A DNA stretch of 64,000 nt. It comes from Raja brachyura. Taxonomy: Eukaryota. Below are positions 1 to 13,102 of the stretch, in pieces (position 1 is the stretch's first letter; each line of letters begins with the position of its first letter). A program made the translations under genes and the position numbers. A model generated the notes under the pieces. It worked only from the letters and a program-made list of their open reading frames with translations, searched no databases and was not told the origin of the DNA. The DNA is taken from the NCBI GenBank assembly GCA_963514005.1, contig OY740783.1:42470001-42534000 (forward strand), written 5' to 3'.

Positions 1-552
1 CTTAAACAGATCTTATCTGCCTGCACATGATAAATATCCTATACTTCCCTGCACTTACGTGTGCCTAACTAAAAGTCTCTTAAGCACCACTATTATACCT
101 GCCTCTACTACCACGCTTGGCAATGCATTCCAGTCCCAACCACTGTGTTTGAAAAGAACACTTGCCCTGCACATCTCCAGTAACCCCCCCCCCCCCCCTC
201 CTCACACCTTATAGCTATGCCCTCCAGTGTTAAACATTTCCACCCGGGGGGGGGGAAAGGTTCTGACTGAAATTTTATATACAACTATCAAGTCTCCCCT
301 CAATGTCCGATGTTCCAGAGAAAACAATCCAGGTCTATCCAATCTCTCCCTGTGGCTGGAATCCTCCAATCCAGGCAACATTCTGATAAATTACCTTTGC
401 ACCCTTACCAAAGCCTTCACATCTTTCCTGTAAAGGGTGACTGAAACTGCTCACAATACTCCAAATGCCTATAAACAAAGTCCTATAGAGCTGCATCATG
501 ACTTCCTGATGTTCAAATGCGCCTAGAAATGAAGGCATACACGCCACATGCC
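1..552 (-). mobile_element. Degraded CR1/HER1-type LINE 3' fragment, continuing at 1234-~1880 beyond an insertion
   Basis: Reverse strand resembles the decayed C-terminal part and 3' UTR of the CR1 ORF2 seen in better copies in this window (21433-22790); recognised by eye, boundaries approximate. Confidence 0.6.
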
Positions 553-1233
553 GTGGTCGGAGAGGCAGCTTTTCTCCAGGCTGCACCGTCGACCCATCCT
601 CGCGGCTTACCAGCGGGCCTGGAGCGGCGTTACCTGGGAAGACTGCCCAGAACCACGGCTTTGGCGGCGGCACAGAACTGGAGCGCCATTGCAGAACAGA
701 ACGGGAGATGCCTTGCCTGGGTCGCCGCGCTGGAGCTCTCGTGAGCTGAAGACCGCAGGTGAACATCGGGAAGCTGCGGAATTGTGGGGTGGCCGGTCAG
801 CCGCCGGCAGAGGCGCTGAACTTTAACTTTAACGTAGGGGGCCTGGGATCTCTCGGCGAGATCGCCAGTTGTGGAGCTCCATTCAGCGCGGCCTGTTGGC
901 GTTGGAAGCCGCGATCTCCAGCAAGGAAGTGGCCATTACAGGCACCTCGAGCCGCTGAGAGGGTTCTCCCGACGCCGGAGCACCATCACCCGGCGAAGAA
1001 GAGCCTGGAACATCGGCCCCCGTAGCGGCGACTGCGGAGGCCTCAATAGGCCCAATTATGTGTGGACAAGGGGATGGGGACTGGACATAATGGGAACAAT
1101 TGCGGGGAGATGTTTTTTATGTTTATTGTTAAATTTTTTAATGTTGTGTGTTATCTTTATCTGTGTGCAGCATGGCAGGTCAAATTTCACTACACCAATT
1201 GGTGTATGTGACAATAAATGTCCTTTGTCCTTT
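553..1233 (+). mobile_element. GC-rich non-autonomous retroposon with Rex1/Babar-like 3' tail
   Basis: Flanked by a 27-bp direct duplication (526-552 gaaatgaaggcatacacgccacatgcc; 1234-1260 gaaataaaggcacacacgccatatgcc, 3 mismatches); ends in ...gtgacAATAAAt plus (gtccttt)2. Confidence 0.75.
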
Positions 1234-2905
1234 GAAATAAAGGCACACACGCCATATGCCTTCTTTACTACCCTCTCTACTTGCACTGCCACCATCAGCA
1301 AGTTATCAATTAGGGCTCTACGATCCCTCTGCACATCAATGCTGTTAAGTTTCTTGCCATTATCTGTATACTTCTTACATTTAGCCTCCCAAAGCGCTTC
1401 ACTTAAGTGAATGCTTGAGTTAAAATCCATCTGCTATTCTCTGCCATTTCTTTTTGTGTCATCAATGGGTATGTAATCCACAGTTCAGTTACCTTGACAT
1501 CTTTGTCCCTCCTCGTCCTCCTTTCTGAAACGTTGATCCTGCACTTTGATCAGCTGGCCTTTAAATGACTCTCACATGCCATCTGTGGACTTGCCCAATA
1601 ACAGCTACTCCCGATCTAACCTCCTTGGCTCCTGTCTAATGATATTGCAATCTGCCTTGCCCCATTTAAGTACCTTCCCCCAACAACCCGACCTGCCCTT
1701 TTTTCAAAACAATCTTAAAACTTATGGAGTTGTGATCAAATTCTTCTTCCGTGGCAACACCAATCATCTGGCCAGGCTCGTTTCCCAATACAAGGTCCAG
1801 TATGATCCCTCCTTGAGTTGGACTATCAACACATTGTTTAAGAAAACCACCCTGGAAACATTTAACAAATTCCTCTGCATCTAATCCTCTCTTGTTTTAT
1901 CAATTTGATCCCTAAATCTATCTGCTGGTCCTCAATTCCCATCTTCTTACCATTTAGCTAATGCTCTGATCTATTTTTCCTTAAATTCTAATGTGAGAGA
2001 CCTGCGAAGCAGTTAGCACCTGTTGGGCTGGTTAACACTACTGCATGTAAAGCTCCAGAGCCTTTCAGTCAAGGAGTGCAAACTGGTGCTTTTCTGAATT
2101 GCATTGCTTCTGTTTCCCAGTTGCACATTGCATCTTACACCTCCAACATTGCTTGGACAGATTTTAGCAATTATATTAGAGCAGATTTTCCTCATTATAA
2201 ATTTACTATTCACAGGATGTAGCTGTTGGAACTGTTAGAGCATTGGATAAATCCTTGCTGAAAATTATAATTTGTACTCACACAGGGACTATAATATTTG
2301 TATTCCCCTTTGCTAGTACACTGAAGACCAAAGCAATTATCTATCTAAATAGATCTTGCATTGTAATAAATCTGTACATCTGTATCAATTATTACTTTTA
2401 TGGAACTGTTCACATACTTTGTAAGTAAGATTCCCACTACTACTGATCTCCTTTCTCTAAGCATAAATTTGTAAGAAATAATATTATTTGTTGTTATTCC
2501 GAAGTTCACACAATCATTGGAGCTTAATACCTTTTTACCAAAGATATTGTTATTTTTGCATGAGATCTGAACATTATAGATTCTGTAGCAGAACATTTAG
2601 GAGACCATGCATATTTGAGTATTAGTTAAAATGGCACATATGCTTTGCTTTTCTGGTATTGACCCCTCTCCTCGATATTGCACTGACAGTCGAGGTTAAG
2701 TTGCTGACTTCATTTGTGGGGAGTGATACGAATGTTAAATTAGTCCCAAAGTCTTTGCCCTACTCTTGAACATAATCAGCAACCTGCAAAAGAAAATGAG
2801 TGCTAATGTTCCCATTGGGTAAGGAACACATCAAAACTAATTGCTCATTTTCAATAAAAATTGGCCGTGACTGTTCATGGGGAGGACACAGGGAATAAAG
2901 TGTAG

Positions 2906-3012
2906 GAGGGAACTGCAGATGCTGGTTTAAATCGAAGATAGACACAAAATGCTGGAGTAGCTCTGTGGTACTCCAGTAACTCAGTACTCCAGCAATTTGT
3001 GTCTATCTTCGG
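2906..3012. mobile_element. Short fold-back Penelope terminal-repeat fragment
   Basis: ggaactgcagatgctgg...gaagatagacacaaaatgctggagta followed by its near reverse complement tactccagcaatttgtgtctatcttcg. Confidence 0.65.
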
Positions 3013-4249
3013 GAAATAAGTGAAGATGGTTTTAGGATTTTTCATGTCAAAATGGTAACTTTTTGGTGTAGTTTAACTCGACATTGGCATCACATACAGA
3101 CCCTTTTTGCACTCATTATGAAGGGGGAAACACAGGGTTTAGATTTCATTGTCCTGTACTGTATGTAATGGATTGAGTAATTAGTACTGCTGATGTCTCT
3201 TTGATTCTTGGCCATTTTCCATGATTCAAATGCATCTTATAATCAATCCCAATTCATCTATCCTGAATAACCTTCAAGTATGTCCATTTGTCAAATGCTT
3301 TGAGATTTTGCCATCATTAGTCAATTTGAAAGCCCTCTTCAAATACTAACCACTTTGTGTGAAGTTGAATTGCCTTATCTTAGTACTAAGATGGCATTCC
3401 TTTTATGAGCTTGCATATCTATAATAATCTTACAATTAGCGTAAAATAAATATTTTGAATTTACCTTGATATCCTAATTTCAGATCCTAGAACATAGAAG
3501 TAAACAGGATAGAAATAGGCCCTCTGGGTCGCAATGTCTGTGTCGCACGTGATACAAGATGAACTCATCTGCCTGCACATAATCTCTCCATTTTTAGATT
3601 GAACAGATTTTTTTTGAGATTTTGCTCATTATTCAGAGATGTAACACTTGCATTAATTCATTAATTCATTCATGCTACGTTCTGCACTGTTTCTATTTCT
3701 TAAATGCCTTCACTCTTTCTCCGTGTCCACAAATTCAACTGGGGTCACGTTCAGGTGTAAATGTGAATAATTCAAACCTGTTGATCCATTTGCCTCCTAA
3801 TAATTCATTTTTTTGTATTACGAGGATTGCATATAAGAATTTGAGTTTTTCAGTGCCTTCATGAATTTGGAATGTCACAAGTGATTTACAGGAAAACCAG
3901 ATCATTTCTCACGGTGAATAGCAGTTCAATCAACAATTGAAAGGAAAATGCAAGCCTTGGTTGGAGAGATTTCATGATAGTTGCAAAAGATGAGGCAAAG
4001 GGAACACTGTAGAACACTAAACCAAGACGGGGGAGAGAAGATGAAATAGATGTGATAGGAAATTGATGGTGATAGGTGCAGAGAAAAGCATGATTCCGCG
4101 CTATAACATTTACAGCTCCTAAATCAGAAGAGATGTGAAACAAGGAAGTGGGATGTGAGGAAAATTAGCATATGATGTTACTATTATCTATGGTTTTGGC
4201 TCCGTTGCTGACTCTGTGGTGACTTGCAGAGCAGTCGAGTAATACTGTT

Positions 4250-4730
4250 GTTCACCAGACTGATTCCTGGGATGTCAGGACTGTCTTATGAAGAAAGACT
4301 GGATAGACTTGGTTTATACTCGCTAGAATTTAGGAGATTGAGAGGGGATCTTATAGAAACTTACAAAATTCTTAAGGGGTTGGACAGGCTAGATGCAGGA
4401 AGATTGTTCCCGATGTTAGGGAAATCCAGGACAAGGGGTCACACTTAAGGATTAGGGGGAAATCCTTTAAGACCGAGTTGAGAAATACTTTTTTCACACA
4501 GAGAGTGGTGAGTCTCTGGAACTCTCTGCCACAAAGGGTAGTTGAGGCCAGTTCATTGGCTATATTTAAGAGGGAGTTAGATGTGGCCCTTGTGGCTAAG
4601 GGGATCAGAGGGTATGGGAGAGAAGGCAGGTACGGGATACTGAGTTGAATGATCGGCCATGATCATTTTGAATGGTGGTGCAGGCTCGAAGGCCTACTCT
4701 GGCACCTAATTTCTATGTTTCTATGTTTCT
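4250..4730 (+). mobile_element. 5'-truncated CR1/HER1 LINE 3' end
   Basis: Encodes FTRLIPGMSGLSYEERLDRLGLYSLEFRRLRGDLIETYKILKG (CR1 ORF2 C-terminus); ends in a (ttctatgt)n tail. Confidence 0.9.
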
Positions 4731-5059
4731 AATACAGCATAGAGGTAGGTTCTTCAACCCAACTCATCCATGATGACCAAAGTGCCCATCTACATTAATT
4801 CCATTTGACTGAATTAGGGTCACATAAACCTTTCCTGTCCTATTGTCTTATAAATATTATTGCAGTACCTGCCTCAATCATTTTCTCTGACAAACTAATT
4901 GCAAATATTTAATGTTGCCTGTGTGAAGAAGTCGCCCATCAATTCCCTTTTAAATATTCCCCCTCTCTCCTTAATCCTTTGCCCTCAAATTGTTAATTTC
5001 CCTTCCCTGGAAAAATGAACCTGTGCATTCACCTTATCCATGCCTTACAACCCTTTATC

Positions 5060-5240
5060 TCCTAGCTCCGCCTTCAGCGTCATAATCTCATCCGAACTCA
5101 TCTCCAAACTCCTGGACCTAGGAATTGGCACCCACCTCTGCCATTGGATCTTTGACTTTCTGTGATCCATAGACCACAATCGGTGATCAGATGTAACAAT
5201 ACCTCCTCAACAACAATTCTCAACATTTTGTGGTTCCACA
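5060..5240 (+). mobile_element. Degraded Rex1/Babar RT fragment
   Basis: Translates to about SSAFSVIISSELISKLLDLGIGTHLCHWIFDFL, paralleling [33 protein letters not shown] in the 23263 ORF. Confidence 0.65.
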
Positions 5241-5647
5241 CACAGATGGCCACGCTGAATTTTAAGGGGACCCATTCTGTCCCGAGCCACCATTTAACTT
5301 CTAACTTTCCTATTGGAACTTGGTAAGTTTCTTTACCTTCCCTGTGAAATCCATCTCATGCCCTCTTTGCCCTCCTGATTTTCTCCTTGGGAGTATTCCT
5401 ATATATATCCTTGTTGCCCCTCACATACCTATTAAATCTTTCCCTCCTCACTTAAATTCACCTTATTATATTTAACCATCAGTATTGTCATCTCTTTTCA
5501 CTGCTGTGACATCAATCAACCCCTCCTCTTTTACTTTTCTTTTTCCTGCCAGTCCTGTACCTCTCATAACCAGGTTTCTGTAATGTCTACAACGTCCCAG
5601 TTGCACGTACCTATTCACACCCTAAGTTCATCAGCTTCTTCCATTAA

Positions 5648-5872
5648 AACAGACAATAGGTGCAGGAGTAGGCCATTCGGCCCTTCGAACCAGCACAACC
5701 ATTCACTGTGATCATGGATGATCATCCACAATCAATACCCTGTTCCTGCCTTCTCCCCATATCCCTTGACTCCGTATTTTTATTTAACATCCCACGAAAG
5801 CATCCAGAAAATCGGCGTCCACTGCCTTTTGAGGCAGAGAATTCCACAGATTCACAACTCTCTGGGTGAAAA
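5648..5872 (-). mobile_element. CR1 LINE 3' UTR fragment
   Basis: agacaataggtgcaggagtaggccattcggcccttcg... matches other CR1 3' ends in the window (29596, 58882). Confidence 0.85.
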
Positions 5873-6304
5873 TTAACTTGCAATTGGATCTATTGCAAAA
5901 CAAACATTGTAATTGGCCTTGAATATATTAAGATAGCACAAAAAGAGACCTAAAACAAGACCTGTGCTATTCATAATAACACTGCATGGGAAGCTTCCAA
6001 CTTCTGTATCTTTATCATGGCCCACAATGGGAGGGGTGATGGGAACTCCCTCTATGTGGTCATTGAGCAGTCCCGTAAATGGTTGCCATGTTGCTAAGAG
6101 CAAATGAGGGGAGGATAGAGGCACAATAATTATAAATATGACTGTAGGAGCCATTTATGCTTTAAATCAGTATATTATAGTTACGTCTCGATAGCTGGTA
6201 GTGGGATTTGCTACGTAGAGGGGTGTGTCTATATCTGGATAGGCTAGCGCAGACATTTAGAGTTTAGTTTGCTTCAAGGGATGGTGAGGACAACAGTTTT
6301 TACC

Positions 6305-7223
6305 ACAGTCACGTCACAGTCACGGGGGGGCAGTCGGTGGGGGCGCTGCAAGCCGGCGCCCTGTCAGCAGCGTGTCCGTTTTTTTCTACATTTTTAATTT
6401 TTTTAGTATGTTTTAAAGTAAGGTTTTAATGTTTCTTTGTGTGTTTTGTGTGGGGGGTGGTGTGGGGGGGTAAGGGGGAAACCGTTTTGGTCGCCCCTCC
6501 ACGGAGAGGCGATTATTTTCAGGTCGCCTCCCCCATCGCCTAACATCGAGGATCGGGCGGCCTTTCCCGGAGACGCGCCCTGGGCTTCAGCTGTGGGCGC
6601 AGCGTGGACTCTCGGCTTGGAGCGGGCGAGCCCTCGCTGGGGCTCGTCGTAGGGGAGTGCTCTGTTTCGCTGGCCCGCAGCAACCTGCAGCCTGAAGCCA
6701 CGGCCTGCAGAGCTCCAACTGGCGCGGAGTCCGCAGCCTGGGATCCCTCGTGGGGGACCCGGGAGAAGAAGAAGCTTCCACCGCCGGCCCGCGGCCTACT
6801 TCTACCGCGGGCCCGGTGTGGACTTACCATCACCCCTGGAGGGGAGCTTCGACTGCCGGCCCTGCGGTCTGCGGCAGGGACTTTAAACCTTCGACCGCCG
6901 GCCTGCAGCCTACACCAACCTGAAGCCGCAGTCTCCGGTGGGGAAGAGCGGACTCTGGACTTACCTGGACTTTTACCTGTCTGCACATCTGGACTCCCGC
7001 AGCAATGGCTGCAGAGGGTTGAGGTTCCGACCACAGGGGAAAATGGAGGAGGACTGGCCAAATCTTGTGCCTTCCACCACAGTGATGAATGCTGTGTGGA
7101 TGTTTGTGTTACATTTTCATTGTGTATTGTGTGTTATTTATCATTGTACCGCTGCTGGCAAATTCATTTCACTTGCACTTTATGTGCAATGTGATGAATA
7201 AAGCCGTATTGTATTGTATTGTA
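6305..7223 (+). mobile_element. GC/CpG-rich non-autonomous retroposon with Rex1/Babar-like 3' tail
   Basis: Abrupt GC-rich block ending ttcatttcacttgcac...gtgatgAATAAAgcc(gtatt)n, the same tail architecture as Rex1 copies at 25250-25300 and 36640-36702; no TSD found, so the 5' boundary is approximate. Confidence 0.6.
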
Positions 7224-7561
7224 CGTTCACCTTTATGTTCACGAGATGCCACACGGAAGAAACAGTTAGTAAGAACGAAAAGTTATGAATAATTTCTTTG
7301 ATTTGTATTACTTCAATAAAAGACCAATTAATCAAGAAACAAAAACAGGAATATTTATTTTTTGCTATCTGTTAGTGCGTAACCTATATCTCCACCACAT
7401 CCCCGAGTAGTAACGGTAATTAAAAGTTGGTAATTGAAAAGTTAAGAAATTGCTGTTCCGATGACACATAGTGCTAGAATAGCTTGACGGGTTAGGCAGC
7501 ATCTCTGGAGACCATGGATAGATGATGTTTTGGGTCAGGACCCTTCGTCCGACTGACCCAC

Positions 7562-7878
7562 TAAATTTAGTGTTTTGTTTGGAGATACAGCGCAGAAACA
7601 AGCACTCCTGCCCACTGAGTCCGAGCCAGCCAATGATTATCATGTACGCTAACACTATCCTACACACTAGGGACAATTTACAATCTTTACCAAAGCCAAT
7701 TAACCTACCAACCTGCACGTGATTGGAGTGTGGGAGGAAATCGATGCACACATAGAAAATCCACGCGGTCACAGGGAGAATGCATAAACTCTGTATATAC
7801 AAGCACCCGTTGTCAGGATCGAAGCCGGGTCTCTGCCATTGTAAGGCAGCAACTTTACTTCTACGCCACCATGCCACC
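7562..7878 (-). mobile_element. HE1-type tRNA-derived V-SINE
   Basis: Reverse strand has a tRNA-like head (ggtggcgtag...gagacccggcttcgatcctg), the V-SINE-like core (ttcctcccacactccaa...aggttaattggc) and a CR1-like tail; many related copies in the window. Confidence 0.8.
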
Positions 7879-8330
7879 ATTAGTTACTAGACAAGTTACT
7901 CCGGCACTGTCTATTTTGTAAACCAGTATCTGCAGTCCCTTGTTTCTACAGTTGTAAATATGTATAGAATCTCCAAGATGATTCTGTGTGATCAATGTGA
8001 AGCACAAGTTCGTAACTGAGGGAGAAATCATAGCATGCACTGTATCAGATGTATACTCATCATATAATGAGTATAGATTCAATGATGAGGCTCCAGTGAC
8101 TAAGTTTCAAATACGTTGAGCATTGAAAATTGTGATTGGCATATGAAGTGTATGATACTGCTGTCAGAGTAGAAACCAGCTAATTGACATGTCTTTGACA
8201 ATCTTTTTGCGATGTGCTCTTAGTTTTTGGGACATTTCAACAGGGATTTGGTTCCAGCTAAACTTCTAATTTATGTTATTGGGATAAAAAAGTATAGTGT
8301 GGAACTTGTGACTCATCAGGGAGTGCATGA

Positions 8331-9064
8331 TTGAATTGAATTGAATAAATTTTATTAGCCAAGTATGTATACATACAAGGAATTTGCCTTGGTGCTATGC
8401 ACGCAAGTGACTAAGTTACATGATATACAGTAAACACTAAGAATAAAACATTATGATTTAAACATGTGAGGAATGAAATAAAATATCAGAGCAAAAGGAT
8501 GCTACAGGCTTTTGTTTGTTGAATAGAACCACTGCTTGTGGAAAAAAAGCTGTTTTTATGTCTGGCTGTGGCGGCTTTGACAGTCCGGAGTCAACTTCGA
8601 GAGGAAAGTGCTACAAATAGTTTGTGGCCAGGGTGAGAGGGGTAAGAGATGATCTTACCCCGCTCTCTTCCTGGCCCTTGCAGTCTACAGTTTGTCGATA
8701 GGGGGAAGGTTGCAGCCAATAACCTCTCGGCTGATCGAACGATGTGCCGCATGCCTCCGGATGTCATGCTTTGTGGCTGAGCCAAACCAGACCATGATGG
8801 AGAAGGTGAGGCCAGACTCTATGATGGCTGTATAAAACTGGACCATCATTGCCTGTGGCGGATTGTGGTTTCTCAGCTGCCGCGGGAAGTACATCCTCTG
8901 TTGGGCCTTTTTGACTGATGAGTCGATGGTGGCCTCCCATTTAAGGTCCCTGGGGATGATGGTTCCATGGCACTTGAATGACTCCACAGATGTGACTGCG
9001 GTGTTGTTGATGGTGAGTGGGGGGAGGGGAGGGGATGGGGAGCTCTCCTAAAGTTTACAATCAG
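8331..9064 (-). mobile_element. Rex1/Babar LINE 3' fragment
   Basis: ORF 8685-8987 (DLKWEATIDSSVKKAQQRMYF.RQLR...FYTAIIES.LTFSIMVWFG); (ttcaa)n tail at 8331-8346; related to 42781-43730. Confidence 0.85.
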
Positions 9065-9102
9065 GATGCAGGAAAAACTGATTAGAAACACTAAGGGTAA
9101 AC

Positions 9103-10506
9103 AAGGAACTGCAGATGCTTTTATGCAAAGGAAGTCGCAAGGTGCTGGAGTAACTCAACAGGTCAGATAACATCTCTGGAGAACATGGATAGGTGATAAT
9201 TTGGGTCTGGGTCATTCTTCGGACTGAGTGTGATGTGGTGGGGGGAAAAGTTGAAAAGGTTGCGCAGCGGTCAAAACCTGGTAGAGTTGTTGTGGATACA
9301 GGTGAGGAAGGCTGTTGACAGAGAAAGTTGGAGAAAGGACAGAGATAAAAAGACAAAAAAATGTGAGATAAGGACAGAAGAAATGCAAATCATGAAGCCA
9401 AAGGATTAAAAATAGATGGATGGGGAGGAGGAAGGGAGAAATGGGTACGCATCCAAGTGGAAAAGGGGGTGAATGGGTGGGTTTGAGCTTTATTACCTAA
9501 AATTGGAGAATTTATTGTTAATGCAATTAGGTTGTAAGCTATCTGTGGAACATGAGACGATGTTTCTCCAGTTTGAGTGTAACCTCACACTGACAATGGC
9601 GAAGGCCCAGGACAGAGACGTCAATATGGGACATTTGACCCCACTAGCCTCAGCACCAGCACATAATTCTCTGACATTTCAGCCACCTTCAATGTGAGCT
9701 AGTCACATCATCTCATCTCCACCCTTTTCCGCCTTCTGCCGAGACTGCCCCCTCCCCAACACATTGATTCACTCATCCCTTCCCAACCATTCCATTGCCT
9801 CCCCAGGTACGTTCCCCTGCAACCACAGGAGATGCAACACCTGTCCCTATACCTCCTCCCTCGACTCCATCCAGGGACCCTGACAGTCCTTCCAGGTGAG
9901 ACAGAGATTTATGAGCACTAACCTCGTCTACTGCATCTGGTATTCCTGATATGGCCGCCTTTTATCGGCGAACCCAAGCGTGGATTCGGACTGTTTCGCC
10001 GAACACCCGGTCTGACATGTCTTACTGGATGTTCCACATGCAAACTGGAGGAACAACATCTTATATTCCACTTGGGTAGCTTGCAACAGAAAGGGTATGA
10101 ATATTGAATTCTCCAATTTTATATAACTAACCAAAAACTACTCTCCTTTCTTTCTTCCCCTGTCCCCCTTTCCCCTTCCCTTCTCTGTGCCCTATCTGGA
10201 CTTAAACCTATTTTTCCCCTTCCCTTTCCACCTATGTTCTTTCCTCTGGGTTCACAATTGGCACTTCTATTCTTATCTCACAGCTTTTGCCCTTCCAACT
10301 TTGTCGAACCAACTGCCTACCAAAAACCACACTTGCCTGTATCCACCTCTTACTCGCCAGGCTTTGTCCTGCCCCTCCTTTCCAGCTTTCTCCCCCTTCA
10401 CCACAATCAGTCTGAAGAAGACTCCCAACCCCAACATTTTCACCTATCAATGTTCTCCAGAAGTGCTGCCTAGCCAGCTATGTTACTCCAGCACTTTGTG
10501 TCTTTT
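9103..10506. mobile_element. Penelope-like element remnant with inverted termini and a decayed GIY-YIG endonuclease
   Basis: Plus strand from about 9801 reads PGTFPCNHRRCNTCPYTSSLDSIQGP*QSFQVRQRF..NLVYCI...(YIGE-like)...FAEH; 9103-9610 is an inverted copy of the same 3' region and terminal repeat. Confidence 0.8.
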
Positions 10507-10874
10507 ATCAGATGCACTGAGGTAGGTTTTGCATAGAAACACACAGGCAAATTCTCAACATCGGCCTAAAATGATTGATTGTGCAAACAAACTCAGTTAA
10601 ACAAGTTTTGTACATGACTTGTGCATTTATGGAAAATGGAAATATGTGTCCTTTGAGCCAGCACTGCTTTTATATATGATCATGGCTGATCAACCAAAAT
10701 CGGTATCCCGTTCCTGCTTTCTCCTCATAACCCTATATCCTCCCGTTCCTGCTTTCTCCCCATAACCCAGCCAAAATTAAAGCAATCCATATTGCATTGA
10801 AAGGGAGAAAAGAAAGACATTCAAAATAATAAAACTGACGTCTCCAATCTGTCAAACCTGGAAGATTTGTTTAT

Positions 10875-11505
10875 TTCTTCACATTTGGGATGTGGGTGTT
10901 CTAGGAAGCCCATTAAATAATTGCCCATCACTAAGGTGGTTGTGAACTGCTGTGGCCCTTCTGATGACGGTGCTCCCACAGTATAGTTGCAGTAGGAGTT
11001 CCAGGATTTAGACTAGATGATGATAACGGACAGGCAAAGCACTATTTCCAAATCAAGATAGTTTGTAGTTTGGAGGGGAGCCTGCAGGTGGTGGTGTTGC
11101 TCATGTGAAAGAGCTTGCAGGGCTTGGGAAGTGCTATTAGAATAGCCAGCGCATTTTGTCGGCTCGACTCTGATTAGCCAATGTGAGCTGGGATTGAGCT
11201 TAAGGGTGTAGGATGTGATGCTCAGCAAACAGACTGTTTTATATAGTGTCAAGCTTCTTGATGGTTGTTGAAACTGCGTTTATCCAGGCAAGAGTAAGAA
11301 TTCCATCATGTCCCTGACTTGTGTCTGTGAAATAGTAGAAGGGGTTTGAGGAATCTCGAGATTGTCATTTGTGAGAGGATACCCAGTCATGGACCTGCTC
11401 TTGTTGCCATGGTATTGATATGGCCGGTCCAGTTGAACTTCTGGTCAGTGGTAACCCCAGGATATTGTGTGAAACTCGGCAATGTTAATGCCTATGAATG
11501 TCAAG
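10875..11505 (-). mobile_element. Old CR1/L2-clade LINE 3' fragment
   Basis: Resembles, from memory, a common chondrichthyan LINE end (aattgcccatc...aaggtggt.gtga.ctgc); similar decayed pieces at ~29400-29590 and ~30190-30340. Confidence 0.45.
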
Positions 11506-12057
11506 GTTAGAATATAGAAAAGTACAGCACAGGAACAGGTCCTTTGACCAACAATCTCTGTGGGAAGATGTCACGATGAACTAATCTGATCTGCCCACAT
11601 GTTGATACATATTCTGCCATTCCCTGTATATCTAAAAGCATCTCAAGCTCTGCTTTTGTATTTGCCCCCACCACCACCAGCACTGCCAGTGCATTCCAGA
11701 CACACACCACCCTCTGAGTAAAATAAAAACAAACTTGTCCCACATACAGTACCTACTTTAAGCTTTCCTCACTCAATATAATGCTGCGCTCTCTAGTCTT
11801 TGACATTTGAGATTGTTAGATTCTTTGTTGGATGTTACTTGCTAATTATCTGCCAGGCTTGAATGTCATCGTGGTATTGCTGGAATCTGGAGTGGAAGTG
11901 TTCAGGGTCGTTCTCAGTAAAGATGATGAGGTAATGGCCAAGGAAGTGAAAGTTGGTAATTTTCAGTGCGATAAAGCTTTTTAGGCAATTATTAACACTT
12001 ACTGCGCTATGAAAAGGTGCTTTGACTGAATGGACAATACTTTCTGTGGCAGGCATG

Positions 12058-12410
12058 AGGACCTGCAAATGCTAGTTTACAAAAAGGACACACAGTGCAG
12101 GAATAACTCAGCAGCTAAGGCATCTCTGGAGAACATGAATAGGTGACGTTTCTGGTCGGGACGCTTCTTCAGACTGATTGTGGTGGGGCAGAAAACTGGA
12201 AGAGAATAGGGGGAGGACAAGGCCTGGAAAATGATGGGTGGATACAGGTGAGGGAGGTTTTTAATTTGCAGATGGTTGGTCTGAGATGAAAAGACAGAAA
12301 GTGAGATGAGGATAGAAGCAGTGTGAATTGTAGACAGAGGAAAGAATATAGGTGGAAGGAGAGGGCCAAGGGTAGAAATGGGCACAAATCCAGGCGTGGT
12401 ACAGGGAAGT
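12058..12410 (-). mobile_element. Penelope terminal-repeat/3' UTR fragment
   Basis: aggacctgcaaatgctag...gacgtttctggtcgggacgcttcttcagactg followed by the purine-rich tract also seen at 9103-9470. Confidence 0.75.
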
Positions 12411-13102
12411 GAGTGGGGGGAAAGTGTTGGGAGGTGGGTGAGCAGTTGTTTGTAGTCGCTAGGTTGGGGGGGGGGGAGAGAAAATGGCAGGAATAGTTAG
12501 CGCCAACTGAACAAGTACTACTTCACACTGTTCAGTGCCTATCAATGTTGAGGCAAGTAGCAAGGCACAGTTCTCACATAAAGCTAACGACAGCACAATC
12601 TGCACTGCAGTCTTTGATTATTTGCTTTTAACCACACATCGGTCTCTTGCCAGTTGTTGCCGTGCTGTTTGCTCGTATATAACAGTGAGTGCCATTAGCT
12701 TCAGAGTTATTTTGACAGGGAAATCTGGGCTACAATAAATCTTACCTGAATAAAGCTTTTAAATTTTGTCCTCTGGGTCATTTCTTCAAATCTTTCTTGA
12801 AGCCGTCAAGGGGATTTTGTTGGAGACAGCCAAAACAAAAAAAGATTCTATCACTAGATCGGGTTAATTGTTGCTGATCCCTGCTGGAAAATATGACATG
12901 CTCAGACTGTAGACCAACGTACAGCTCACATTTCTACAGCCCAGTGCAAAAATATCATTCAAAGTCCTGGGATTTTGGGAAAGGCTAAGTAAAACATAAA
13001 TTTTAATGTGATAAAATATTTATTTCTGACAAGAAAATAGTAATATTAGGAAAGACCAAAGGTAGATTAAATATTTTGGAAAACAACATTTTCAGTTATT
13101 CG

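Noticed and set aside
6540-7194. 173-aa and 196-aa ORFs as host genes
   Set aside because: GC-rich repeat interior, overlapping on both strands, with no recognisable domain
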